NCBI GenBank assembly: GCA_026026165.1 | Contig: JAPEUD010000029.1 | Span: 1 to 64,000 of the forward strand | DNA: 64,000 nucleotides | From: Sarea resinae | Taxonomy: Eukaryota | Direction: 5' to 3' | Shown: positions 24,572-36,280 of the stretch, one piece after another | How positions within the stretch are numbered: the stretch's first letter is position 1 | Layout: every line of letters starts with the position of its first letter | Program-made: the position numbers and the translations under genes | Notes under the pieces: model-generated | Seen by the model: the letters and a program-made list of their open reading frames with translations, nothing else | What the model was told of the DNA's origin: nothing | Database searches by the model: none

Positions 24572-25909
24572 ATGTCCGATGTCAAATCTAGCACAAAAGG
24601 CGCCTCTGCCGCTCCGACCACAACGACCAAGAAGCCGGGAAAGAAAGATACTCTTAGCAAAGCGCAAGTGAGCGAGAGCGAGAGCGAGAGCGAAAGCGAA
24701 AGCGCAACAAGCAGCTCTGGTAGCTCGGAGTCTGGCAGTGAGAGTGGCAGCGAAGACAGTGGCAGCGAAGAGAGCAGTGATGGAAAAGAAGAGAGCACTC
24801 CCGCACAGCCCTCTGCAGCCCAGTGAGTATCATTGCATAATGAAAATTGCCTACTTGCATACTTACTTGAATAAGGAAACCACCACCTTCCAAGCAGGCA
24901 ACAACGGCTAGCTTCCTCCCAACACCTCCCTACGAGCCTCCTCATGGCTTCCAAGCTGTCCAAACATCGCCTCACTCATCTTCTCGAGCTTCAAGGCTAT
25001 TCACAACATCGAACCTGGCGGGAAAGCAGTTATGGCACATAAGTGCTCCGGCCTCTGTCCCTATCACGGCAATCAAAGAGGTTGCTCTTGACGCTGTCCA
25101 ACAAGGCGAAGCGGTCGTGCATCACAAGGGGGCGGACTATGGCTTCGTTTGTGAAGAGAGTGCGACAAAAATGCCCACCAAGGTGTTAGCACCAAGTCAG
25201 ACAGGCGATGGCTATAAACCAGGTATTGATCGTTTTGATGGAATTGGGGAACTGTGATACTAATACGGTAGTAGTCCAAGCCGAGATTGCTCAAACGCTT
25301 CATATGCAGCAGATAGTCCATCTACCAATTCTTGCCCGGCACAACGCCGAGCCAGCAGAAGGGTCATCCCATGTTCCATCTGCCTCTTCAATGCGACCCC
25401 AAAAGCCCGCAAGACCGCAACCGAAAGGCCTTAAGATGCGCTACCTGCCAACAGGATTTGGTAACGAGAAGCCTGGAACCACTGGGGCAGACGCCTCAAG
25501 TTCCGACGTTTCTGACGAAGAAGACAACGACGACACATCGGCCACATTCAAGACTCCCAAGGGACTTATGACTGCCCCGAGAGGAGAGAAGAGGAAGCAT
25601 GATCAAGAGAATGGAATCAATGGCTCTCAACCCGAAATATCGCAGAAGCCGCACAATGATGAAGGCCGACCGAAGAAATCAAAACACAACCACAAGCATG
25701 ACCACAAACCCAGCGACTCGGTAGTAGCGTCCCCAACATCCCCAAAAGCAAGAAAGGAAGGACAATCACAGAAAAACCATCCGCCACAGGACAACGAAGA
25801 TCGAGGGCGAACAACTGAGAGGGATGGACAAGGGAGGCGAAAGGAAACTAGCCAAGAGAGAGCGAAACGGAAGAGGAAGGAGAAGAGACGAGCAGAAAAA
25901 GAAGCTTGA
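24572..25909 (+). CDS. RPA34: RNA polymerase I subunit A34.5 (Rpa34)
   Basis: Exons 24572-24822, 24876-25222, ~25272-25909. Motifs LAGKQLWHISAPASVPI and QPKGLKMRYLPTGFG, with an acidic Ser-rich N-terminus and a Lys-rich C-terminal tail. Confidence 0.8.
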
Positions 25910-26482
25910 GACAGCATACAGCATTGCCTAACAAGACTGACAACAACTTTTAGTCTCATTTTCAGTTGGAGTAGCGGCTAATCGTCGTGTTTCTATCGGG
26001 GGTGGATGTACATTTTGGACGCATCACCATGTGCACGTTAGGCGTTTGGCAGGTCTATGTCTACTGATCTTGCATTGCAAAGAGTACGAAAAGTCTCTTG
26101 AGCTTCTTCCACACTGGACTTCTTTCCACATGCAATTGTTGATCCCGGGTCCAATTAGCTGAGCTTCTTTACCCCAAATCCTATGCGAGCCCATTTCAGA
26201 ACATTCGACTACTACTCGTACCTCTTTTCTATCACCAGGGATATCAGAGAGGCGTAGCTTATTGAACAGCATGGGAACACATCAGCCAATCCTTTGTTCC
26301 GATGCTCCCCTTGAGCCAGATCTTAGCTCCCCGTCTTTCAACTTTCCCGAAAGCCATCAATTGTGAAAGAAATCACCGGTGGACAAAGAAACCTCCTGCA
26401 AATTGACAATGAATCATCATGTCATTGTTCAGTACGTCAAACCAGGTCGACGCTCTCATCACCTCCCCTAATCCAGCTCAAG

Positions 26483-26489
26483 TATAAAA
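26483..26489 (+). promoter_or_regulatory. Putative TATA box of the small Cys-rich gene
   Basis: TATAAAA about 185 nt upstream of the ATG at 26669, followed by a C/A-rich leader-like sequence. Confidence 0.4.
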
Positions 26490-26668
26490 AGACGCCATCC
26501 GTCTTCCAGCAATATCTCAACTGCCACAATCTCTCTTCATCTTCTCCATCCAACTCCATCTCGTAACGACCAGAGTCCAAAAACAAGCCAAATCTACGAG
26601 GTCGTTGCAGCAACACAAAGAAACCGAAGGTACCACTTTCCAATCACTCACGAATCGCCAAGATCAAG

Positions 26669-26911
26669 ATGTGTTTCCAAAAGTATGTCCAATACAAATG
26701 CGGCTGCCCTCCTGTCCGAGAGGGTGAGCCTCACTCCTGTCTGGTTCCTCCCACGACCGCCAACGGTTGCTACAGTAAGCACACGCCCTTAATGCTCTAC
26801 TCCCCTTGGGTCTGCCTCGGCTGCCGCGGATCGGGCCCTCCCCCCACGGCACAAGGTAATGTTCAACGTCAAGAAGTAGTAACGATTCACCGATTTTTGA
26901 TAGGATTTTAA
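26669..26911 (+). CDS. Small Cys-rich hypothetical protein (~64 aa spliced)
   Basis: Strong fungal start context TCAAGATG. Sequence MCFQKYVQYKCGC...C...C...CLGC. Probable 48-nt intron 26856-26903 (GTAATG...TAG). Confidence 0.5.
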   Translation: MCFQKYVQYKCGCPPVREGEPHSCLVPPTTANGCYSKHTPLMLYSPWVCLGCRGSGPPPTAQGNVQRQEVVTIHRFLIGF

Positions 26912-27384
26912 GAGTATAGCTTTCGAGTGAGATGCAATTTCTTTCCTTTTTCTGGTCGCTGGAAGAAGAGGATAGATAGATCAAACTACAATCAGTCTAC
27001 CGACACAATGTGGCCCGTGAAAGCAAAACGCTCTATCGTAATAGAAAGTTGATATTGATGTTGTTCTCATTTCGATAGAGCCGAAGTCGGGGACTTTGGA
27101 GGCAACTCGGGTCTTTATCGCCCCATATCATGTTGTACGTATTCGCCGAAGTCAGTCTAGCGCGGGGCACCGAAGCTTTCCCACCACGACGAGTTTTGCT
27201 CTACGGGAATAGCAAAGGCAGAGATCGTGGTAAGTTTTTCAAGTCCAGCTACTCTCGACCTGACGCTGACCGCTAAGACTCTTTCTTTTCTCCTACCTCC
27301 CTTCTACCAGCATCCACCACTCTGCACCGCACGTACCATATTACTAGGGGAAACTGCTCCTAGAACAATCACATACCAGCAGCC

Positions 27385-28984
27385 ATGGCTACCGACGGAT
27401 ATGCCTTGTCAAAGGCTCACCAAGAGGTTCTTTCATCCACCATTTGGCCTCAATATCCCGATATCCCTGACTGACCAATACCTGCAGCTGATGGAGGAGC
27501 CCTTGAAGGAGCTCGATCCTGAAATCGCGGAGATCATGGTAGGTGCCTCGCCTTGCTCAATTCAACTCTGCCCAGCTGATTGGTTCATTCTTGCAGAAAA
27601 AGGAAATCCAGCGTCAGCGCGAGTCAATCCTCCTCATTGCCTCTGAAAATATTACCTCGCGTGCCGTCTTCGATGCTTTGGGTTCGCCCATGTCCAACAA
27701 GTACTCTGAAGGGTACCCTGGTGCAAGATACTATGGTGGGAATGAGTTCATCGACCAGATCGAGCTCACCTGCCAGGCCCGTGCTCTGAAGGCTTTCGGG
27801 CTAGACTCTGAGAAATGGGGCGTCAACGTCCAATGCCTGAGTGGCAGTCCTGCTAATCTCCAGGCCTACCAAGCTGTGATGAGACCTCACGACCGGCTGA
27901 TGGGCTTGGACTTGCCCCATGGAGGTCACTTGAGTCATGGCTATCAGACCCCACAGAAGAAGTAGGAATGCTCCGAATCACTTTGAAGGCATTCGTTAAC
28001 CATGTTCCCAGGATCTCGGCGATCTCGACCTATTTCGAGACCTTCCCTTACCGAGTGAACCTCGAGACTGGCATCATTGACTACGATCAACTCGAAACCA
28101 ATGCCCTTATGTACCGACCGAAGGTGCTCGTTGCTGGTACTTCTGCCTACTGCCGTAACATCGACTATGCGCGCATGCGCAAGATTGCCGACCTGGTTGG
28201 CGCATATCTTTTCGTCGACATGGCTCACATCTCTGGACTGATCTCTGCTGGTGTTATCCCATCTCCCTTCCCTCACGCAGACGTTGTCACAACCACTACT
28301 CACAAGTCCCTCCGTGGACCTCGTGGTGCAATGATCTTCTTCCGCAAGGGCGTCAGAAAGGTCGACGCAAAGACTGGAAAGGAGACGCTCTACGACCTAG
28401 AAGGTCCAATCAACTTCTCCGTTTTCCCCGGCCATCAGGGCGGGCCGCACAACCACACCATCACCGCTCTAGCCGTGGCGCTGAAGCAAGCATCCACGCC
28501 CGAGTTCAAGGAATATCAGCAGCAAGTGATCAAGAACGCTAAGGCTGTTGAAGAGGAATTTAAGCGTCTGGGCTACACTCTGGTCGCCGATGGCACGGAC
28601 TGCCACATGGTCCTCCTCGACCTTCGTCCCAAGGCACTCGATGGAGCCCGCGTTGAGGCTGTCTTGGAGCAAGCCAACATTGCCTGCAACAAGAACTCCA
28701 TTCCAGGAGACAAGTCAGCCCTGACACCTTGCGGTATCCGGATTGGTGCTCCGGCTATGACATCCCGCGGATTCGCTGAAGCGCACTTCAAGCGGATCGT
28801 CAACTACATCGATCAGTGCATCACGATCGCTAAGAATGTGCAGGCTAGCCTACCAAAGGAAGCCAACAAGCTCAAGGACTTCAAGGCCAAGGTTGCCTCT
28901 GGTGAAGTGCCCGAGATCCTCGCACTCAAGAAGGAGATTGCCGCTTGGGCTTCGACCTTCCCTCTACCTGTTTCCGGAGTTTAG
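27385..28984 (+). CDS. SHM2: Serine hydroxymethyltransferase, cytosolic
   Basis: Exons 27385-27426, 27488-27538, 27597-27961, 28012-28984. Motifs [21 protein letters not shown] and the PLP-lysine motif [12 protein letters not shown]. No mitochondrial presequence. Confidence 0.95.
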
Positions 28985-29894
28985 ATGAGGTTTGGGCGGG
29001 ATTAGACGACGGAAATGTTGCTGATGGGTTTCAACCATTTACCCATCTTTCGAGACTACCTACTGAAGAAGTCATGCCCCTCTTTTTCCTATGGCGCTAT
29101 TTTCCTTTCTGTCGAGTTTCAGGTGTTGTTGGCTCAACGAGCAATCATGGTAGGGGGTCAAACCAAAAAAGTCTTCAACGAGTCCATGATGATTATTCGA
29201 TGATGAAGAAGCATACGGTATAGAGAAGAGTCTCGACAGTCGAGATATCTTGCAAGAAATCCACGGGCTAGCTAGCTCGCTAGCTCGCGACAGATAGCGT
29301 AGATACCTCAGGCAGATTGGATATATCACCATTTCCAACGCCAATGCTCCGGCATGTTACATGAAGCGTGCCAGACGGATGACAGTGATTTTTTGTCGAT
29401 GAGCTTTTGTTCGGGGCTCGGGAGCACGCTTGATGGATGATTGAGCTATTGATAGATAGTGCGCGATAGTGCCGCTGTTGGTTTCGACGGGGATCGTAAT
29501 CGCATCCGCATCTAGCGAGAGGGCGACCCCACCAACAATAGGGAGCCGACATGGATGAAGGTCTCGTAAGCAAATGATAACCGCTCGATCCCACTCTTCA
29601 GCTGCGGACGACGATCGAGTAGGCCGCTTGGAGAGGACGCTGTATCCTCTGCTCGTACGGAACGACCCTCCCGTCAACGAGGCTTTTGGCATCGTCGACA
29701 CCTTCACAGCCCTCCTCAACCTCAAACGCTGCTCGATCCGCGAGACCACCAGGCAACAACCACCTGCGCAACCCGCACGGCAGCATTCGCTCGCTCGATC
29801 AATTCTAGCCATCGAGCTCGATCCGAATCGGACCCTTTCAGCCTCGTCCTCAAAGACTGAGATTTGACAGCAAAGCATCTACCGCCAGCCAGAC

Positions 29895-31467
29895 ATGGAC
29901 GCTCAATCGCAGAATGGCTCAGGAACAAAGCCGCAGATTCAGCCGTGCCGGTACAAGACGGGTAAGACGTTAGGCGCCGGCTCATACTCGGTGGTCAAGG
30001 AATGCGTGCACATCGATACGGGGAGATACTACGCTGCCAAAGTCATCAACAAGCGGCTGATGATGGGTCGAGAGCATATGGTGAGTCTCGAGGCGCGGGA
30101 ACACGACAGAGAGCAACGCTGACGGGGACTGCCATGCCAGGTCCGAAATGAAATTGCCGTGCTGAAAAGAGTCTCTATGGGCCATCAGAATATCCTGACC
30201 TTGGTGGATTACTTTGAGACCATGAATAATTGTATGTTGGCCAGCACCTTCTGACCATTCGACCTTGCTTCTTACACTCTTTACAGTATACCTCGTGACC
30301 GATCTGGCCCTCGGTGGTGAGCTGTTCGACCGCATCTGTCGAAAAGGCAGTTATTACGAAAGTGACGCGGCGGAGCTGATCAGAGCGACGCTATCGGCCG
30401 TTGCTTATCTCCACGACCACGGTATCGTACATCGTGACCTCAAGCCAGAGAATTTACTATTTCGGACACCGGAAGATAACGCGGACCTCCTGATTGCGGA
30501 CTTTGGACTTTCGAGGATAATGGATGAAGAGCAGTTCCACGTGCTGACGACGACCTGTGGAACGCCAGGGTATATGGCTCCAGAGATCTTCAAGAAGACA
30601 GGACACGGGAAGCCAGTGTACGCATCCGTCTCTGATCAAATAAGGGTTCTCCATTGACGATCTTCTAGGGATGTCTGGGCTATCGGCGTCATAACCTATT
30701 TCCTCCTCTGCGGCTACACTCCCTTTGATCGTGACTCCAACCTAGAAGAAATGCAAGCCATCCTCGTCGCCGACTTCTCCTTTACTCCTCTCGAATACTG
30801 GCGCGGCGTCTCACTGCAAGGTAAGTCCCCCCTGTCTCGTACCGGATCAATAAATAATTTTCTACAATCAGCCCGGCAATTCATCAAACGTTGCCTGACC
30901 ATCGACCCGACTCAACGAATGACAGCTCATGAAGCCCTTTCGCACCCCTTTATCAGCGAAGAACGGCCTGGCCAAGACGACCTGCTACCGGTGGTTAAGA
31001 AGAACTTCAACGCTCGGCGCACATTACATGCCGCCATTGATACCATCCGTGCTATCAACCAGCTACGAGCTGGTGGGGCGGCAATGATGGATGGGGCTAT
31101 GAGTTCGGACCCGCAGCATAACAACGCCAACTCCAACTCCAATTCCAATTTCAATTCCGACTCCAATTCCAACAACGGCAACAATAATAACACCGATGCC
31201 ATGAATATCGACTCCCCTCCTGCTACTGCTGCCAGCAACAGTACTCCTACCCCGTCCAATCCCTTACCTGCTCACGCCAGCAGCAACGTCAACACCAATC
31301 CAGCGAGCTTTGGACTAGGCGATCGCGTAGTCTCCTCCGGGGCAGCGGCGTTGCATTCCAGCAGAAGCAACGCGAACGGCCAAACAGACGCCCAGATCCA
31401 GGAGCAGGAGCGCAAGATCCAGAGTACGGCACAGGGACTGTGGCATGCGCCTGCACAGAGATCGTGA
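29895..31467 (+). CDS. CMK1: Ca2+/calmodulin-dependent protein kinase (CmkA/Cmk1-like)
   Basis: Exons 29895-30080, 30141-30231, 30287-30617, 30669-30820, 30872-31467. Motifs GAGSYS, HRDLKPEN, DFG, GTPGYMAPE and the CaM-binding segment FNARRTLHAAIDTIRAINQL. Confidence 0.93.
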
Positions 31468-31499
31468 CGTGATTTTGTGTGGCTTTGGGAGTGGCCGGC

Positions 31500-33100
31500 C
31501 TTGCTTCGGCTGCATCGGCCATTTACGTCTGCGTTTTCTTTTTTGAATTATTGGGGGAAAAAAAGGAAGAGAATTGTGTGAGCTCTTTGCTGCTCCCTTG
31601 TTTTTCGTATCCTCTAATCCGGTCTCTGTTTTGTGCTCCTCAGACTGGGTCGTGACGGTTTCCTATCTCAATCTTTTGCTCGTTTCTCTTGTCCTTGGAC
31701 ATTGACATCCGGAGGTTTTGCTTCTCTTAGCTTTGGAATGTTTGTTTCTCTCTTCGTCTACTTGCGTTGCCTCCCCACGCTCCAATATATACCGGCCGCC
31801 TTCTCGTTTTCCGGGCCGTTTCTGCCCTTCGCTGGCGGATGGCCTGATACGATCCGATACGACGAGATACGTCGCTTTACGTTACGATCCGACAACTCTT
31901 CTCGAGCTTAAACTAGTTGTGGCGGTGGCTGTGGTTGTGGGCATGGGTGTGGCATGCTGGGCGCGTGTGCCTATTGTGGGAGGCTTTTTTTAGAAGGTTA
32001 GGTCGGTCAGCCTTGCTGGCCTAGTCCTGCTTTGCCCGAGAGAAGGTAGTCGTGGTGGCAGTGGCAGTTGTGGCGGCGGTCGCAAGTAGCAGTATCGCAT
32101 TGTCTTGTCTTGTCACTTTGCTTTCTTGTCACTTTGCTTGTCACTTTGCTTGTCACTTCGCCTGCTTGCTTTCTTGCTTGCTTTCTTGCTGGTTGGTCAG
32201 TCAGATTAGTATCAGGGAACGGCAACGGGCAAGGGAAAGGGAAAGGGAAAGGAATTGGGGAATGGAAGGGGAGGGGGGAAGGGGTAAAAATTTGCCAAAC
32301 GGATGGGCATAAGGTTGAATTGAATTGAGTTGAATTGAAATGAAATGAAATGGATCGAAATGCATTGGATTGGATTGAAATGAAACGGATCACAAGTGAA
32401 TTTGTAGATATCACGAAGAATCGCAAAGGTGCGGCCTCCTCGGTCTTCTTGTCTTTTGTCTTTTGTCTTTTGTCTTTTGTCTTCTGTCTTCTGTATCCGG
32501 TCTTCTGAGTGTCGAAGTGTAATGTTCTCTTGTGCGCTTGTGTCTGTCTGTCTGTCTGTCTGTCTGTGTCATCCTAGTCCGCGAGGAAATCCAAATAGGC
32601 ACGAAGAGGTTTGGAATAGAGGAGTCCATATATGCATAGAAGAAAAAGATGGCGAGAAGGGGAGTGTGGTTAAGCTCTCTTGTCCCCGCTGTCACTGTCT
32701 CTGTCCCTGTCTCGCTCTCGTCAGGTCAGGCCAAGTCAAGCCAGGTCAACTCAAGTCATGTCATTTCATATCGAGGAAGTTTCTTCATTGCCGACGGGGC
32801 CATCTAACCAACGTAATTGAAGTTGTAATCAACCAGCTGGAGGATAGATAGCTCCGGCGGTCTCTGCCCTGGCGCCCCTAATGATATCAATCCCCCCTGA
32901 AAAAGAAAAACAATATTGATGGACCAAGGATATCAGAGAACATTGATGAGGGAAGGAAAGGAAATGAAACGTGCGCTTGTTCCATCCTTCGCGGGCTTCC
33001 ACCCGGCCCATCTATCCATCTAGTCGTTCGTACATTGATCCGGCCATCTCCGCACGTCCTGCACCCTTCCTGACGACACACCCGACGCACCAACGCACCA
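31500..33100. repeat. Microsatellite-rich spacer between the convergent CMK1 and AMMECR1 genes
   Basis: Arrays of (CTTGTCACTTTG)x3, (GGGAAA)n, (TTGAA)n, (TTTTGTC)n, (TCTG)n and (GTCAG/GTCAA)n. Confidence 0.8.
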
Positions 33101-33116
33101 ACGCGCGAGACTCCAT

Positions 33117-34100
33117 CTACTTCTGCGAGTCGACCCACGCCCTCCAGGCCTTCCAATCGGCATAGTCGACGCCGACGCGACGGCCCTGATACCGAACGGC
33201 CTTGAGATCCGCGACCTTCTGCCACTCGTCGCGACGGCCGCTCCAGCCGGCCTTGCGCATGAGGCTGATGACGGTCTCGTCCTTGGTCCAGCCCTGCTCG
33301 GGCGCCACGTCCGGCAGGTAGGTGGCGCCGTGGCGGCGGCCGTGGTAGGTGAAGCTGATGCGCAGGCCGTGCGTGCCGAGGGACCAGTCGAGCGCGTGCG
33401 CGCATGGCTCAAAGGTCGTGAGGAGTGTGACGCTGCAGGAGAGGGTCGGGAGCTCTTTCTTGGTGATGGGCGAGAAGCGGACGTCGTCGAAGGCGCTGCG
33501 AGTGGGGAAGGTTAGCAGGGAATTTCTGAAGGGAAAAGGTGGACAAGGGCGGGGCCGGGCGGGGCCTTACGAGGTCAGCGCGTAGCTTTCCAGCCCGGCT
33601 TCGATCTTCTGCGCCTCGAACGTGCCGATGCAGCCTCGGAGGGTCTTGGTTCCGGATCGGCCGATTGTGTTCCAGGTCACGAAGAGCGGGCTGTCTGGCG
33701 TGCTGGGTTGTCGGCTGCTGTGCTGCTGTGACCATCTAGCAAAGGAGAAGAAAGATGAGTTGGACGAGGATTTCGAGGAGGTGTCTGCTTCCCCTGTGCG
33801 CGCGGACGACGTTGTCGAGAGGGTGGAAGATGAGGATCCGGATGATGGACTCGCGCCTGTAGCGGTGAGGCGCGCTATACTTGGTGTCTGGAGCGTGGCG
33901 CCTAGGGGTGTGTCGTCCATTTCGTCGTCATCTTCTTCTTCGTCGTCTTCTTGGCCATCTGATGGCTCAACGGGCTCTTGTTGCGCTTTTTGGTATGAGG
34001 CCCAGAGATCTTCTACTTTGGACAGGCTGAGGGCGTCGGTCTTCTCGAGGCTGGCCACGAGCGTCTCGAAGCAGAAGAGGCAGTGTGCTTCGGTCGCCAT
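33117..34100 (-). CDS. AMMECR1 domain protein
   Basis: Exons 34100-33571 and 33495-33117. Motifs PLFVTWN, LRGCIGTF, AFDDVRF, DWSLGTHGLRI and ATYLPDVAPEQGW...SLMRKAG. Confidence 0.93.
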
Positions 34101-34643
34101 GGTCCTGGTGAGGCGTCTTTGCTGGTGCTTGGAATGGTGGAATACTTGTGGCTGGTATGGTATAGATTCGAGGGGTGTAGGGGTAGGGGTAGTGGTAGTA
34201 GAGTAACGAGCTCGACAAGAGTAGAAATAGGTCGATGACGACTGCAGATCAAGAAAGTGTTGCCAACAGATGACGATATAACGACCGTATTGTCTGGTAG
34301 ACGCAAAAGCCGAACGAAGGTTTACCCAGACGAACACCTCGCAGGCCTCAACAGCGGTGCTCGCGTGGGGCGGGTAAGACGGCTGAGGCTGAAGGTGGTG
34401 ATCGTGGGGGCAGCTCCAGCGGATGAACAAGGGAGACGGGAGGAGCACGAAAGCGCCAAGAATATTCTGCGAGGAATTTCTTGACTGAATCCGTGGGGCA
34501 GGGCGGAGGAGACAAGATGACACGAGAGGAGAGGGGAGGAGAGGGAGGAGAGCAGAGGAGAGGAGAGGAGAGGAGAGGCGGGACGGGCTCCAGCTGCAGA
34601 TGGGCCATGGCGTAAGACGTAGTCCCTATCGGGTGCATCTAAT

Positions 34644-34679
34644 CTTATCTTATCGCCTCGTCGTCATCGATAAGATAAG
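34644..34679. promoter_or_regulatory. Perfect inverted repeat of tandem GATAAG sites
   Basis: CTTATCTTATCG-N12-CGATAAGATAAG, giving four GATAAG cores in the divergent AMMECR1/J-domain promoter region. Confidence 0.6.
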
Positions 34680-35230
34680 CTAGGTACTTGGTCTCTATCT
34701 CCAGGCCCAACCTCGGCATCTCCAGATCTATCCAGGGTAATCGACCTTCTGCTTCAGACGGATACCGTACGCAACCGTCCGAGAAGGCTCCCAATTGACT
34801 TGCTATATATCGTCAAAGATGGGATGCTATCGCTTGAACTCGAGAGGCAATGGACTGTCCTTCACCCCCTCTCTTTTCTCGCACCGTCGAAGTCTTGAAG
34901 GTTTCGACGATGCCCGCACAAACATGTTTACGCTCGTCTCTTCTTTCACGAGAGCGAGCAAAGTCCTGGTCACCTACTGTCAAGACATTCTTTTCTTTCA
35001 CAGGAGTACTGCGTGCGTGGTTTGACACTGGTCTGCCTCACTGCTTTCTCTCTTCTTCGAGTCTCTCACTCGCGCGTTGGTTTCAAATTCCGCATTGAGC
35101 AACGAGACACGTCCAAGATTCGATTCTCCCGAGCTTTGTTTTCTATCTTCAACAGCTCAGTCTCGGCTTTCTATTACTTCTGCCATCTCAAATCTTAGCG
35201 CATTCCTGGATCTCAGATCCTGAACCGAAC

Positions 35231-36280
35231 ATGAACGAACCGTCGTCGATTGATTGTTACGCGGTGTTGGGCATCGAGAAAGATGCCACCCACGCGGTCA
35301 TCAAGCGAGCCTTTCATGAGCTGGCTTTAAAATATCACCCTGATAAGGCGGGCCCCGAGATCCAGAATCCCAAAGCAGAATTCATCAAGGTAAGCTAGCG
35401 GTCTCTTGCCTTTCAAGTGAGTACTCTTATTCGGCGGCGAGAAGCCTGACCAGTCCATCTTCGATCCCAGATTCATCGTGCTCGCGAGATCCTCCTCGAT
35501 GACGCGCAGAGGTACCTGTATGACCTGGATCACTTCTTCATCCGAGCTCAATGGCAGAGGTACTACGACGCCCAATCGAAGTTAAGCCAGAAGAATGCCA
35601 AAGAAGCAATCCGTGACGAGAGCCTTCGCCGCGTTGCAGAACTTGAGGAGGAGCTGAAGCGCGAACGGTCGAGACGGTTGAAGGCCGAAGCTGCCGGCGC
35701 TATCTCTAATGCTAGGATCACCCAGCTTTCCGAACAATCAAGACTTGCGAAAGCCGCCGGCGCTATCTCTAATGCTAGGATCACCCAGCTTTCCGAGCAC
35801 TTGAAACTTGCGAAAGCTGCCGTCGCTATCTCTAATGCGAGGATCACCCAGCTTTCTGAGCAGTTGAGACTTGCGAAAGCAGCCGTGACAGACTTCAAAG
35901 AGTCTATCATGGGTGCCTTCAGGACGGTCATCAAGTTGATGGAAACAACCTGCAGCGAGACGCTAGAGGCCCAGGAACAGACCGAAGCTGTCCTTGAGGG
36001 TGTCAGGAGAGAACTGTCGGCCCCGGATGATTCGCTCTTGATACTGGAGGGCTTCGTGAAGAACGAAAAGGTCGTCCACGAAGATGTCGAGAGAGCAATT
36101 GCCGAGGCCGTGTCAATGGGCCAGCTTAACAAGGTAGGTATGAGCTTCCTTGTCAGCCTGATGGCCGTCGCCAGAAAGAGCACCGCGCCCTCCACTCCGT
36201 CGGATGAATCCTTGAAGAGAGCAGTGGATGACGGAGAGGAAGAGGAAGGTTCTTGCAGCCACAAGAGACAACGACAATGA
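35231..36280 (+). CDS. J-domain (DnaJ type III) protein with coiled-coil tandem repeat
   Basis: Exon 1 35231-35389 (DCYAVLGIEKDATHAVIKRAFHELALKYHPDK, HPD intact), intron 35390-35470, exon 2 35471-36280 (IHRAREILLDDAQRYLYD), in frame with the ORF at 35678. Confidence 0.82.
35690..35886 (+). repeat. 63-bp x3 coding tandem repeat
   Basis: TATCTCTAATGC recurs at 35701, 35764 and 35827. Each unit encodes an AAGAISNARITQLSEQSRLAK-like 21-mer. Confidence 0.9.
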
